Source of the DNA: Bacillota bacterium
GTDB lineage: Bacteria; Bacillota; Clostridia; DUPQ01
Assembly: GCA_022706885.1 (NCBI GenBank)
Contig: JAKJBR010000003.1
Coordinates: 7,331-71,330, forward strand
DNA: 64,000 bases
Direction: 5' to 3'
The notes beneath the pieces are model-generated. The model saw only the letters and a program-made list of their open reading frames with translations, did no database searches and had not been told where the DNA came from. How positions within the stretch are numbered: position 1 is the first letter of the stretch; every line of letters starts with the position of its first letter. Both the position numbers and the translations under genes were made by a program. Shown in pieces: positions 42,300-52,789 of the stretch.

Positions 42300-43267
42300 T
42301 ACTCTCCTTTCAGCCAGTCAATCTGTGCCTGTGACAGCAGGATATCTTTAACACCGATGCTGTCTTCCAACTGCGACAGATTCTTGGACCCTATTACGGC
42401 ACAGGTCTGCACCGGATTATTTGTAAGATATGCCAAGGCTATGCATGTCGGTGATACACTGTATTCATCGGCAAGCATTTTGGCTCTCTTTGCTCTTTCT
42501 ATGTTAATATCCGAAACAAATTTCTTAACTATACCGTCTTTTAACTGAACGGTATTGTATTTTGAGAAAAAGCCTTTTGCCTGGGAAGTATATGCCATCA
42601 ACGGCAACTTTTTCTTCTCATACCATTCATATTGCTCATCATCGATACATACAATAGTTTCATCATCAAATCGCTCCGGTGTGGATTCGGCTAAGGAAAA
42701 ATAACATTGCGATACCGATAGCGGCACCAAATTCTCACTCGCAATGAAAGCCTGAGCCTCTTCAATTCTTTTACTCGTCCAGTTGCTTACACCTATGAAA
42801 CGGGTTTTACCCTGCTTTATAAAATCCTGAAGTATGGGTATTATATATTCCACAGGTTTGGACAAATCGTCTCTGTGCAGTAAGAATATATCCACATAAT
42901 CAATATTCATGACGGAAAGGCTTTTATCTATATCATATTGCAGTTCTTCTTTAGTTATTCTTTCCATAACATCTTTTTTCAATTTCAGATTCTTTGGAAA
43001 TCCGCCTTTGGTTATAACTATCAGGTCCTCCCTGTTTTTCCGGGATTTCATCCACTCACCCAGCATATACTCGGAAATATCTTTCCCTTCGGGAAGCCAT
43101 TCGTTATAGCATCGGGCGGTATCATATGTTTTAAAATGCTCATAAAATTTATCCATCAGAAGAAAATAGCTTTCCTTGTCGGCATAATCGGAAAAAACAC
43201 CGGTACCGAAAGCCAGTTTATCCATGCTCAATGAATGAATCCCGTTATCTAAATCAATCTTAATCAT
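42299..43267 (-). CDS. Aldo/keto reductase
   Basis: AKR family features (IGVSNW, GxxxD.A..Y, C-terminal LSQAQIDWL). The internal start is preceded by GGGAG, and start and stop overlap neighbouring genes by 1 nt. Confidence 0.75.
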   Translation of the reverse strand: MIKIDLDNGIHSLSMDKLAFGTGVFSDYADKESYFLLMDKFYEHFKTYDTARCYNEWLPEGKDISEYMLGEWMKSRKNREDLIVITKGGFPKNLKLKKDVMERITKEELQYDIDKSLSVMNIDYVDIFLLHRDDLSKPVEYIIPILQDFIKQGKTRFIGVSNWTSKRIEEAQAFIASENLVPLSVSQCYFSLAESTPERFDDETIVCIDDEQYEWYEKKKLPLMAYTSQAKGFFSKYNTVQLKDGIVKKFVSDINIERAKRAKMLADEYSVSPTCIALAYLTNNPVQTCAVIGSKNLSQLEDSIGVKDILLSQAQIDWLKGE

Positions 43268-44445
43268 TAAAAATACTCCCTTGCAAGAGCCGTTATTTTC
43301 GGCAGGCTTGCCTGTATTGTCTTTTTGGAAATACAGAAACACATCCTCACATAGCCTTTCATACCGAATCCTCTTCCCGGAACAACCAGTATGTTATATT
43401 CTTTCGCCTTTTTAACAAATTCCATCTCATCTTCCACAGGCGACTTAACGAAAAGATAAAAAGCTCCTTGCGGTTTTTTTACACTGAATCCGCATTTCAC
43501 CATGTGATTATATAAAATATCCCGTCTTTCCCTGTAATCATCAATATCCACCTTGGCATCATATGCATGCTGTATTACTTTTTGCATTATGGCAGGAGCA
43601 TTTACATACCCCAATGTTCTGGTATTGAATATACAGATATTAACCAACAGTTGAGAATCGGGTATTTTGGGGTCTATTGCAATATAGCCTATTCTTTCGC
43701 CGGGCAGTGCCAATGATTTACTGTATGAGTTTACTATTATAGCCTTATCAAAACAGTCAAATACGCAGGGAACCGTTATGTCATCGTATACAATTTTCAC
43801 ATAAGGCTCATCGCTTATAACAAAAATGTCGGAGTTATACTTTCTTTCCGCCTGCCTTATTGCTTCATTCAGTGCTAAAAGCACTTCTTTAGGATATACC
43901 GCTCCCGAAGGATTGTTGGGTGTATTTATGATAACGGCTTTTGTCTTTGCGGTAATTACACTTTTAAAGGAATCAATATCCGGTAAAAAGAATTCATCAC
44001 AATCGGCTTCTACCAACACCCCCTGTGCATGCATAACATAAAACCCGTATTCGGCAAAATACGGTTTAAAAACAACAACCTCATCATCGGGATTTAAAAC
44101 GGATTTCAGTGTTACAAACAATCCCGCCGCTGCACCTACCGACATTATTATATTACTGAAAGGAACATCGTATCCGTAGTCTTTTTTTATACTTTCCGAT
44201 ACCGCTTTTCTTGTGGCATCATACCCTGCATTGCTCATATATTTATGCATTCCTTTTTCTTCACTGCAGGCTATTTTCTTAAGACACTCTTTAACCTTTG
44301 CAGGCGGTTCCATCTCCGGATTGCCTATGGAAAAATCAAAAACATTTTCTTCTCCGTATATCGCTTTTAATCTGTTTCCCTCTTCAAACATTGCACGAAT
44401 GAATGACGATTTACTCAAACTCTGTGTTATCTTTTCATTAAACAT
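43267..44445 (-). CDS. Pyridoxal-phosphate-dependent aminotransferase (class I/II)
   Basis: NPSGAVY and SYSKSLALPGERIG (PLP-lysine) motifs; 392 aa. Confidence 0.85.
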   Translation of the reverse strand: MFNEKITQSLSKSSFIRAMFEEGNRLKAIYGEENVFDFSIGNPEMEPPAKVKECLKKIACSEEKGMHKYMSNAGYDATRKAVSESIKKDYGYDVPFSNIIMSVGAAAGLFVTLKSVLNPDDEVVVFKPYFAEYGFYVMHAQGVLVEADCDEFFLPDIDSFKSVITAKTKAVIINTPNNPSGAVYPKEVLLALNEAIRQAERKYNSDIFVISDEPYVKIVYDDITVPCVFDCFDKAIIVNSYSKSLALPGERIGYIAIDPKIPDSQLLVNICIFNTRTLGYVNAPAIMQKVIQHAYDAKVDIDDYRERRDILYNHMVKCGFSVKKPQGAFYLFVKSPVEDEMEFVKKAKEYNILVVPGRGFGMKGYVRMCFCISKKTIQASLPKITALAREYF

Positions 44446-44597
44446 AACATCTCTCTCCTCCTGCCATATTACAATATAGGTGAGATTTTTGCAAATTGTG
44501 TCATGTATGATAATTCATGGATGGATACATCCACGCAAAGATTAAGTGCAATAAACACCGTTCCGCTATTCAGTATGGCTACATAATATCTCTTATG

Positions 44598-46184
44598 TCA
44601 CTTAAATTCCAATATACGCCATTCATTGTTCAAATCAATCATATGATGAGTTATTAATATTATCGTTTTATTCCGTTTCTCACATTCAATAATAAATTTT
44701 CTTACAGCCTCTTTTCCTTCCGTATCAATATGATTAAAGGGCTCATCTAATACAATAATTTGCCTGTCTCGTACCATCACCCGAGCCAATGCAATTTTTT
44801 GTTTTTCTCCTCCTGATAAATTATCCTGTTCTTCTGAATACTCATTTAAGTTTATGTGCTCCAGGTTTAAATGAGTGTACAATTTTTCAATATATTTTTC
44901 CTCAATTTCATCATCACCAAGATTTATGTTTTCTTTTAATGTTCCATCAAATATATACGGATTTTGCTCCAAATATAAAATATTGCAATACATATCTATA
45001 TCCTTTTTTTCATCACCGTTAATAAGAACATTTCCACTATAATCATCCAGAAAACCCAATAAAATCTTTATAAATGTAGACTTCCCGGAACCGTTTGGTC
45101 CCTTTATTAAAATTTTATCTCCTTTACGAATTGTAAAATTCAATTTCTCAATTACTGATTTGTCTGCATATGAATAAGACATATTCTTCATCTCGATTAT
45201 GTTAATTATATTGTCTTTTCCTTTTTTTTGACCTTCCTGCTCATCACAAAGTTGCTCAACATAATCAGTATAAAGCTTTAAATATTCTCTTTGTGTTATT
45301 ATTCCGCCTATTTGCTCAAACACATCTTTCATTAATGTAAAATAGCCCAGCATAATTGTTATCGCTCCGATTGTAATTGCGCCTTTTTGATAAAAGAGCA
45401 AACCTAATACAACAATTACGATTTGACTTGAGTATGATTTTATTTGATTAACTGCTTCAATAATATTATCCAGAATTTTACTTCTTTTTACATATTGCTC
45501 CATCGCAGATTTAAAGCGTGAATTGTAGTTTTTAATAAAGCTATATAAAACACCGTTTACTTTAATATACTTGTATGCATCTATCATATTTACTTCATGA
45601 TTCAATGCCCATTGCCCATACTCTCTTGCCTGTTCCCGATATTTTGATTTAATATTTTTTGTTAAGTATGATACAACTACAACTACTGAACTCAGAATAA
45701 TAACAATAATTCCGTATATTATATTAATCTTCAGAATCAGGAAGGATAAAATACTCCCAAAAACAATAACTTGAAACAGTTTTACAACAATATCTAAAAT
45801 GATGTAACGAAATTCCATAGGATCATTTTCCAATTTATATAGAAGTTCGCCTGAATCATATTTTTTTACGGAAGATATTTTTTTCTGCATAAATTGTTTT
45901 ACAACAAATTTATCATGCTTAATAAAACATTTCAGCATTTCAATGTTTGACAGATAATTAATTATAGGTAAAACTAAAATCATAAATACTATTGACATAA
46001 TAAATATTACTATATCTTCCTTAAATATCTCATCACCTGTCAAAATGGAATCCGCAACATTACCAATCGTTTGGAACATAAATATTGATGTAAAATTAAT
46101 AATAAAATTCTGAATAAAATACATTATTATTACAGATTTCAATAGCTTTATGCTTTCTTTTAGATGACTATTTGATAATTTCAT
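44598..46184 (-). CDS. ABC exporter, fused permease/ATP-binding protein (half-transporter B)
   Basis: N-terminal 6-TM domain; Walker A GPNGSGKST, signature LSGGEKQK, Walker B IIVLDEP. The gene is AT-rich. Confidence 0.8.
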   Translation of the reverse strand: MKLSNSHLKESIKLLKSVIIMYFIQNFIINFTSIFMFQTIGNVADSILTGDEIFKEDIVIFIMSIVFMILVLPIINYLSNIEMLKCFIKHDKFVVKQFMQKKISSVKKYDSGELLYKLENDPMEFRYIILDIVVKLFQVIVFGSILSFLILKINIIYGIIVIILSSVVVVVSYLTKNIKSKYREQAREYGQWALNHEVNMIDAYKYIKVNGVLYSFIKNYNSRFKSAMEQYVKRSKILDNIIEAVNQIKSYSSQIVIVVLGLLFYQKGAITIGAITIMLGYFTLMKDVFEQIGGIITQREYLKLYTDYVEQLCDEQEGQKKGKDNIINIIEMKNMSYSYADKSVIEKLNFTIRKGDKILIKGPNGSGKSTFIKILLGFLDDYSGNVLINGDEKKDIDMYCNILYLEQNPYIFDGTLKENINLGDDEIEEKYIEKLYTHLNLEHINLNEYSEEQDNLSGGEKQKIALARVMVRDRQIIVLDEPFNHIDTEGKEAVRKFIIECEKRNKTIILITHHMIDLNNEWRILEFK

Positions 46185-47779
46185 AGTTTGTCACCCCCTC
46201 TTGAAAACTCATGCATACAATCAGAGATATTATTAAATATTGTATCGTGTGAAATTATTATAATAATCTGCTCCTTTCTATTTTTCAATATCTGTACCAG
46301 TTTTTCCTTTGCCCTCTTATCCAAGTGATTTGTGGGTTCGTCTAATATAATTATCGGTTTATTCTCATTTAATAAAGCAACTATCAATACTTTTCTCGAC
46401 TCTCCATCTGACAGATTATTAATATTTTGATTTAATTGCTCCTTTTGTATGCCGAATTGAGCCAATAAATCAATATAGACATTTGGGGACAGACTGTTTT
46501 TTTCAGATACAACCTCTACAAAGTCTTGTATTGTCATATTAAACTTTATAATCTCTTGTGGCATATAAGCTATATATTGATATAAATCCTGAGAGGGAAT
46601 TTTATCTATTTCTTCATTTAAGAACTCAATCAACCCTTTGTTTACTGTTTGAAAATTGAGTAGACAGTTAACAAATGATGTTTTTCCCGATCCGTTTTTA
46701 CCTTTAAACAAATAAATTCCCTCTTTATCTATTTGATATGAAAAATCTTTGATAATAAATACATCGTCATATGAAACCGATATATCATTTACTGAGTAAA
46801 TCGAGACAGATTCCGTCAAAGATAATGCTCCGTTTATTTCTTCCGTTTGTGTTTGAGAACATTTTATATCGGATATTCGCTCTTTAGCCATTTTGTAAAC
46901 TTTTGTATCTCTTACTATATTAAAAGCGGAATGCAGTGCTGCATAATAACTACCTGACAATATAATAATCTGCACCGATAATTCTATTGATATACCGAAA
47001 AGATATATCATGAAGAAGGCCGCGCCAACTGTAATATACTTTAGTAATATATCGACTATATTGGTAAGAGAATATTCAACGGAACCATGCATTTCATATG
47101 TTTTTTGAATTTCATAGGATTCACCGTATAAAGCATGTAGTTTTTTTTCCTGCCATTTTTGTGCTTGAAATAATTTTAATGTAGTAAATCCGTTAATTAT
47201 AGCCATCAAGTTTCTTCTGATTTTTGATTCTATTTCATTTACTTTTTTTAAATCTTTTGCTTCGAAATAACTTATAAACATAGTGGGAATTAATTTAAGA
47301 ATTCCGATAACCGTAATAACGGCAAAAGCTCCTATGTGCATATATGATATATACCCGCCATAAAATATTATCAATATCAAAGATTTAATAAATAAAGATA
47401 TCGTTTCCGATTTGAAATTAAAACATACACCTAAATCAGACTTGAAATATTGCAAAATATTACTTAACCCTATTTGAAAAATGTTCTTTGTTTCTTCATG
47501 ATAAATATCTTGAATGTAATTCATCTTATAGAAATGAAATTGTTTTGTTTTATAAATGTCGTAATAATAATTGCTTAAAAAACTATAGATTATATAAACG
47601 ATAAAAAGAATTGAAAACATAACAATATTATTCAAAACAGGCTCAAAAGAAACCAATTGTATTGAATCATTAATCATTCCGGAAAATATTCTTGATATGA
47701 AAAACATAAACAGCATATCCAGAATACCTTTAAAAAAACTGGAACATGATAGCACTTTAAAGTTTATATGTTTTTTCAT
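46181..47779 (-). CDS. ABC exporter, fused permease/ATP-binding protein (half-transporter A, degenerate signature)
   Basis: Walker A GKNGSGKTS, degenerate signature LSDGESRK, Walker B IIILDEP. The start was placed at the ATG after a GGGGG RBS. The gene overlaps partner B by 4 nt. Confidence 0.8.
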   Translation of the reverse strand: MKKHINFKVLSCSSFFKGILDMLFMFFISRIFSGMINDSIQLVSFEPVLNNIVMFSILFIVYIIYSFLSNYYYDIYKTKQFHFYKMNYIQDIYHEETKNIFQIGLSNILQYFKSDLGVCFNFKSETISLFIKSLILIIFYGGYISYMHIGAFAVITVIGILKLIPTMFISYFEAKDLKKVNEIESKIRRNLMAIINGFTTLKLFQAQKWQEKKLHALYGESYEIQKTYEMHGSVEYSLTNIVDILLKYITVGAAFFMIYLFGISIELSVQIIILSGSYYAALHSAFNIVRDTKVYKMAKERISDIKCSQTQTEEINGALSLTESVSIYSVNDISVSYDDVFIIKDFSYQIDKEGIYLFKGKNGSGKTSFVNCLLNFQTVNKGLIEFLNEEIDKIPSQDLYQYIAYMPQEIIKFNMTIQDFVEVVSEKNSLSPNVYIDLLAQFGIQKEQLNQNINNLSDGESRKVLIVALLNENKPIIILDEPTNHLDKRAKEKLVQILKNRKEQIIIIISHDTIFNNISDCMHEFSRGGDKL

Positions 47780-48025
47780 AGTTGCCCCCAAAATTAAAAA
47801 ATGGAATTAAGCTTTTGCTTATTATTATATTCGCTCCTAAAGGGTAACACTTTACAATCATTGTCTACATACTAACCTTTTAAATCTACTTTTTCAAGAA
47901 GATTAACTTTATCGGTAAAAATCATATAGTGTATTCAAGAAAATTCGTCGCTATCGGTGGCGAAATTGATAAATACTTGTATTCTTAAGAATTTTTCATC
48001 CTCTGAATATTATCTGAACTGCCCT

Positions 48026-49801
48026 CTATTCTCTTAACTTCTTTGCAACCATTTCATCCGCCTTTACATATGCGGAGTAGTAATTGTAATAATTGACATA
48101 TCCCGGCTTTGCGCCTTTGGGCTTTTTAACATTCTTGATGAAAGTATAATCTACCGCAACCTGACCCGATGTTCTTGCTTCGGAATGATATGCCGCAATT
48201 ACAGCTGCTTCGGTTAATGTCTTATCCGCCACAAACTCTTCGCATTTAGCAGGGTTTTTTATTATCACATGAGATCCGTGCAGGTTCTTTACATGCAACC
48301 ATATGTCAAAGTTTTGGGCGTAATCAAATGTAAGCTTATCGTTTTCGGTATTATTCCTTCCGACATATATTTCATATCCCTCTTTTGACCTATACTTAAC
48401 GGGGTTAAAGGAAACCGCTTCCGGCTGAGATACCTTCCTGCCCTTCTTAATCTTAAGTTTTTCCTTCATATAGCCTTCCAGAACCAATTCCTTCTTAATA
48501 TCCTCTATGTCGGAAAGGTTTTCACATAACTCCAAAGAAGCAAGAACCGATTTAAGATACTCAATCTCTTTTTTAATACCCTTAACTGCATTAACGGCAT
48601 AGTTATATGCGGCAATCCCCTTTTTATATTTTTTATAATAACTTTGCGCATTTTTGAGAGCATCTTCCGATTGGTCCAGCGGTATCTTTACAATCTTGTC
48701 GGTGTAATAATCTAAAAGCTCCACATAATCGGTCTTTTGTTTAATCGCATGAATATTGGCTGTCAAAAGTTCTCCGTACAGTTTGTATTTATCTATCTTT
48801 TCTCTATCCGAAAGATTGTTGTTATATATTAAAAGTTTTTTCTCCGCTTTTGCCAGATGGGCCGATACCGATTTTCTGACCACATCGGATGCTTGTATAA
48901 AAACAGCTCTTTTATTCTTTAAGTTTAAATGGTCGCTTAATGCATCAATATATAAAGGATATTTCTTAACCGTAAACTCCGACATATTTTTATACACTGA
49001 AAGATCAAAACAGTAACAATCGGTTATGGTCTTTTTTTCATTGCTGTAAACGACAATCGGAGAATATGTGTTTGCCGATATGTCTTGTGCTGTTTTTTTA
49101 ATAACGGACATAACCTGTATCACTTCTTCTTTGCTGATATTCTTAACAGTCTTTGCTTCATCTACTCCGGCTCTTATACATATTTCTTTTGCAAAAACCT
49201 GTGCCATACCTAAAACCGTTCGGAATATTGCGTCGCATACGGGAAAATCGGCATATTTAAGAATATGACTCCACTGCACATCTTCTATCGGTATCTTGTC
49301 CTGTATGGGAGGAAGCACATACTCGCATGCAGGCATTACTCTTCTTACCGAAGACATGGATTCGTCCACATGCCTTAAAGCGTCCAATATTTTGTATGAA
49401 GAGTTGACGACTATGAAGTTACAGTTGCGACCGGTCAGCTCCATTATCACGGTCTTAACCGAATTGCCGCTGAACTCATCGGTGCAATTTATATCAAAGT
49501 ATATTATTCTCTCATAATCTTTTGCATATACCTCGGATATAAATCCTCCTCCTATGTGCTTTCGCAAGAACATGCAGAAACCGTACGGGGTTTTACGATT
49601 GTTTATCTTTTCTTTTTTGAAATATATCCCCGGTGAAGAAGGCTGCAAAGACAATGCCACATTGTAAGATGTGCCGTTTGCGTATATGCCCAGTATAACC
49701 TCATCTTTTTCCGGCATGTAAATATTCTGAATCTTCCCGTTTTGACATATACCGTTCAATTCATTTGCAAGACACTTTACTGCAATTCCGTCCAGCGGCA
49801 T
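48026..49801 (-). CDS. rqcH: Rqc2/NFACT-family ribosome quality control protein (RqcH / FbpA-like)
   Basis: N-terminal NFACT-N, central coiled coil, and C-terminal NFACT-R/DUF814 motif DIWLHVKNLHGSHVII; 591 aa. Confidence 0.8.
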   Translation of the reverse strand: MPLDGIAVKCLANELNGICQNGKIQNIYMPEKDEVILGIYANGTSYNVALSLQPSSPGIYFKKEKINNRKTPYGFCMFLRKHIGGGFISEVYAKDYERIIYFDINCTDEFSGNSVKTVIMELTGRNCNFIVVNSSYKILDALRHVDESMSSVRRVMPACEYVLPPIQDKIPIEDVQWSHILKYADFPVCDAIFRTVLGMAQVFAKEICIRAGVDEAKTVKNISKEEVIQVMSVIKKTAQDISANTYSPIVVYSNEKKTITDCYCFDLSVYKNMSEFTVKKYPLYIDALSDHLNLKNKRAVFIQASDVVRKSVSAHLAKAEKKLLIYNNNLSDREKIDKYKLYGELLTANIHAIKQKTDYVELLDYYTDKIVKIPLDQSEDALKNAQSYYKKYKKGIAAYNYAVNAVKGIKKEIEYLKSVLASLELCENLSDIEDIKKELVLEGYMKEKLKIKKGRKVSQPEAVSFNPVKYRSKEGYEIYVGRNNTENDKLTFDYAQNFDIWLHVKNLHGSHVIIKNPAKCEEFVADKTLTEAAVIAAYHSEARTSGQVAVDYTFIKNVKKPKGAKPGYVNYYNYYSAYVKADEMVAKKLRE

Positions 49802-49894
49802 GATATCCTCCCTCTTTCAAAACATTGCCGTTTTATATTATATATATTATCATAATATCTGTATTTTAATACTTGGTACAGGAAAGAGGACACT

Positions 49895-52138
49895 TTGGAA
49901 TTATTATCGCCTGCCGGAAATATGCAATGTCTTAAAGCCGCAGTGCAAAACGGAGCCGATGCCGTTTATCTCGGGATAAAGACTTTCAGTGCAAGAGCAA
50001 ATGCCGACAATTTTACATTTGAAGAATTGACGGAAGCTGTAAGATACTGTCATCTTCGTGATGTATCCGTTTATCTGACACTTAACACACTTATAAATGA
50101 CGAGAATATGCAAACCGCCCTTAATAATGCAAAGAAAGCATATTCATCAGGTATAGACGGGATTATTATTCAGGACTTAGGGCTTGCTGCACAGATAAGA
50201 AAAATGCTCCCCGACTTAAGACTGCACGCATCCACACAGATGAGCGTTATCCATCCGAAAGAAGCATTGTTACTCAAGAGTTTGGGATTTAAAAGGATAA
50301 TAGCGGCAAGAGAAGCCACCTTAGAGCAGATAAAGGCGCTTGTTGCCACGGGTATTGAAGTGGAGGTTTTCGGTCACGGCTCCTTATGTGTATGTTACTC
50401 GGGGCAGTGCAGTTTAAGTTACTTTAACGGAGGCAAATCGGGAAATAAAGGCGGTTGCGCTCAGCCCTGCAGACTTCCCTATTCACTGTTTATAGATCAT
50501 CGTAATATCTCCCGTAAAAACTATCTCAGCACCAAAGACATAGCGGTAATGGATGATATAGACAGGCTTGTATCGGCGGGTGTTGTATCTTTGAAAATTG
50601 AAGGCAGAATGAAAAGCCCGGAATATGTGGCGATTATAACAAAGACATACAGAAAGGCACTTTCGGGTACTCTTACAGATAAAGACAGGCAGGATGCCAT
50701 GATGGCATTCAACAGAGAAGGCTTTTCCAAAGGATATATGTTTTCCGAATCCGGCAAAGATATGATGGCATATGCTTTTTCCGGAAATACCGGTATAAGG
50801 ATAGGGACCGTCAAGAAAATAAACAAAGAGAAAAACCTGATACAGATTGAAAGCAACAAGGAACTTATAAACGGTGACGGGATAAGTTTTCCCGACAGCT
50901 CTATAGGGACATATGTCAATATTTTAAGAAAAAACGGCAATCTGTACGGTTTAATATGCAGAAATAAACTCCCCGAACCAAATGAGCCTGTATACCTGAC
51001 ATATGATAAGAAACTGACCGAACAGGCACAAAAATCCTATGCCGATGATTTTGCGCGCAAAATACCCATAAACGGTCATTTTGTATCGAAAGTCGGGCAG
51101 AAAGCAAGCTTTACCGTAACCGATAACAGCGGCAACACCTATACCTCTTATTCCGATATAGAGACGCAAGCGGCAAATAACCCTAATGCCGACGATGACA
51201 TATTGAAGAATCTCAACAAAACGGGAAATACGGTATTTGAATTCTCCTCTCTCACGAAAGATACCGATACCGCTACATTCCTTCCCGCTAAAACGGTAAA
51301 TGCTTTAAGAAGAGATGCGCTGGACGGATTAGCAGAATTAAGGCAGAGCATAAAAAACAGAAATAGTAAAACCGAACTGTTTCCCAAGTATGAAAACCTA
51401 TCGTTATCTTCGGAAAGTTTAAATATAGAGAAGACAGAAAAAAGAAATACTCCGGTAAACAGAGATATAAGTAATAAAAAAACAGGTATATCCTTATTCT
51501 TCTTTGAGGACCGATTGGATTTTGATATAGCGGATATTGATGCAGACAGGATATATGTACCTTCTACCATGTATAAAAGATATCTTCACGATGACAGAGT
51601 GTACTTGTATATACCCATAGGAGCCAATCCTCAAGATACGGCAGGCAATCGGCAAAGAATTATTTCCTCTTCCATGGGGATTTTAGATATTCCTGCGGAT
51701 AAAGTACTGGATGCGGGAATAAACTGCTTGAATACTTATACTGTAGATTTTCTTTCGGGGTATAAGGACATAAAAGCCATACACCTTTCATATGAATTAC
51801 CTGTTGATGATATAAGAAGATTTGCAAACTTTAACGGGAATATAAGTCTGGAGTACCTTGTATACGGAAAAGTTGCCGTAATGAAAACCAAATACCGTAT
51901 AAAGGATATATTCACCGATACCGATACACAAGAAATATATCTTTTAGACCGACATAAAAAACGCATTGACATAGTTACATATCCCGACTGTGATACCACA
52001 TATCTTTTAGGTGCATTTACGGTAAATAATCTTTTGCATAAAGATTTAATAAGAGCATCCGGTGCGGATACTCTCAGAATTAATGTTTATAAAGAAACAG
52101 CGGATGAAATTAAAGATATAATCAAAAGAGCAGTATAA
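49895..52138 (+). CDS. Peptidase U32 family protein (collagenase-like) with a long C-terminal extension
   Basis: N-terminus MELLSPAGN...AVQNGADAVYLG, the U32 E-x-F-x-H-G-[SA]-[LIVM]-C-x(4)-G-x-C-S signature region (EVEVFGHGSLCVCYSGQCSLSY) and GRMKSPEY. Confidence 0.8.
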   Translation: MELLSPAGNMQCLKAAVQNGADAVYLGIKTFSARANADNFTFEELTEAVRYCHLRDVSVYLTLNTLINDENMQTALNNAKKAYSSGIDGIIIQDLGLAAQIRKMLPDLRLHASTQMSVIHPKEALLLKSLGFKRIIAAREATLEQIKALVATGIEVEVFGHGSLCVCYSGQCSLSYFNGGKSGNKGGCAQPCRLPYSLFIDHRNISRKNYLSTKDIAVMDDIDRLVSAGVVSLKIEGRMKSPEYVAIITKTYRKALSGTLTDKDRQDAMMAFNREGFSKGYMFSESGKDMMAYAFSGNTGIRIGTVKKINKEKNLIQIESNKELINGDGISFPDSSIGTYVNILRKNGNLYGLICRNKLPEPNEPVYLTYDKKLTEQAQKSYADDFARKIPINGHFVSKVGQKASFTVTDNSGNTYTSYSDIETQAANNPNADDDILKNLNKTGNTVFEFSSLTKDTDTATFLPAKTVNALRRDALDGLAELRQSIKNRNSKTELFPKYENLSLSSESLNIEKTEKRNTPVNRDISNKKTGISLFFFEDRLDFDIADIDADRIYVPSTMYKRYLHDDRVYLYIPIGANPQDTAGNRQRIISSSMGILDIPADKVLDAGINCLNTYTVDFLSGYKDIKAIHLSYELPVDDIRRFANFNGNISLEYLVYGKVAVMKTKYRIKDIFTDTDTQEIYLLDRHKKRIDIVTYPDCDTTYLLGAFTVNNLLHKDLIRASGADTLRINVYKETADEIKDIIKRAV

Positions 52139-52789
52139 TCAGTATTCTATAAGTTTTCTAATAGTTTCTTTAATATCTTTCGACTGGAATATTGCCGATC
52201 CCGCAACAAGAACATTGGCTCCCGCAGCCTTTATCTCACGGCAGTTATCCACCGTTACGCCGCCGTCAACCTGAATGTCGGTTTTCAGCCCCATTTTGTC
52301 TATCATTTTCTTAAGAGCTTTTATTTTCTCCGTGCTGTACGGTATATACTTTTGTCCTCCGAAACCGGGATTTACACTCATTATAAGCACCATGTCCAAC
52401 ATAGGCAGAACATATTCCAAAACCCTTATATCGGTGGCGGGATTAAGAGCAACCGCGGCTTTCTTGCCCTGCTCTTTTATGTACCTTACGGTTCTGTCCA
52501 GATGAATGCAGGCCTCCTGCTGAACGGTTATTATATCCGCTCCCGCTTTTGCAAATTCTTCAATGTATCTGTCGGGGTCGGAAATCATAAGATGAACATC
52601 CAGCGGCAATTTTGTTATGCTCTTCAAAGCCTGCACAATGGGAAAGCCTACTGAAATATTGGGAACGAAATGTCCGTCCATTACATCCACATGCACATAA
52701 TGGGCTCCGCCCTCTTCTATTTTTCTTACTTCTTCTTCCAATCTTGCAAAATTACAAGCCAATAATGACGGTGAGATTTTTATCATCAA
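52139..52789 (-). CDS. rpe: Ribulose-phosphate 3-epimerase
   Basis: ISPSLLACNFARL...HVDVMDGHFVPN. Confidence 0.9.
   Translation of the reverse strand: MMIKISPSLLACNFARLEEEVRKIEEGGAHYVHVDVMDGHFVPNISVGFPIVQALKSITKLPLDVHLMISDPDRYIEEFAKAGADIITVQQEACIHLDRTVRYIKEQGKKAAVALNPATDIRVLEYVLPMLDMVLIMSVNPGFGGQKYIPYSTEKIKALKKMIDKMGLKTDIQVDGGVTVDNCREIKAAGANVLVAGSAIFQSKDIKETIRKLIEY

Noticed and set aside
44446-44597. Possible T-box leader upstream of the aminotransferase gene
   Set aside because: No T-box consensus or specifier/antiterminator architecture could be recognised.
47780-47880. 33-aa ORF (MIVKCYPLGANIIISKSLIPFFNFGGNYEKTYKL) upstream of, and overlapping, the ABC exporter start, containing GG
   Set aside because: It has no double-glycine leader architecture and no RBS, and it overlaps the exporter start; most likely noise, though it could be re-examined if a bacteriocin role for the ABC pair is supported.
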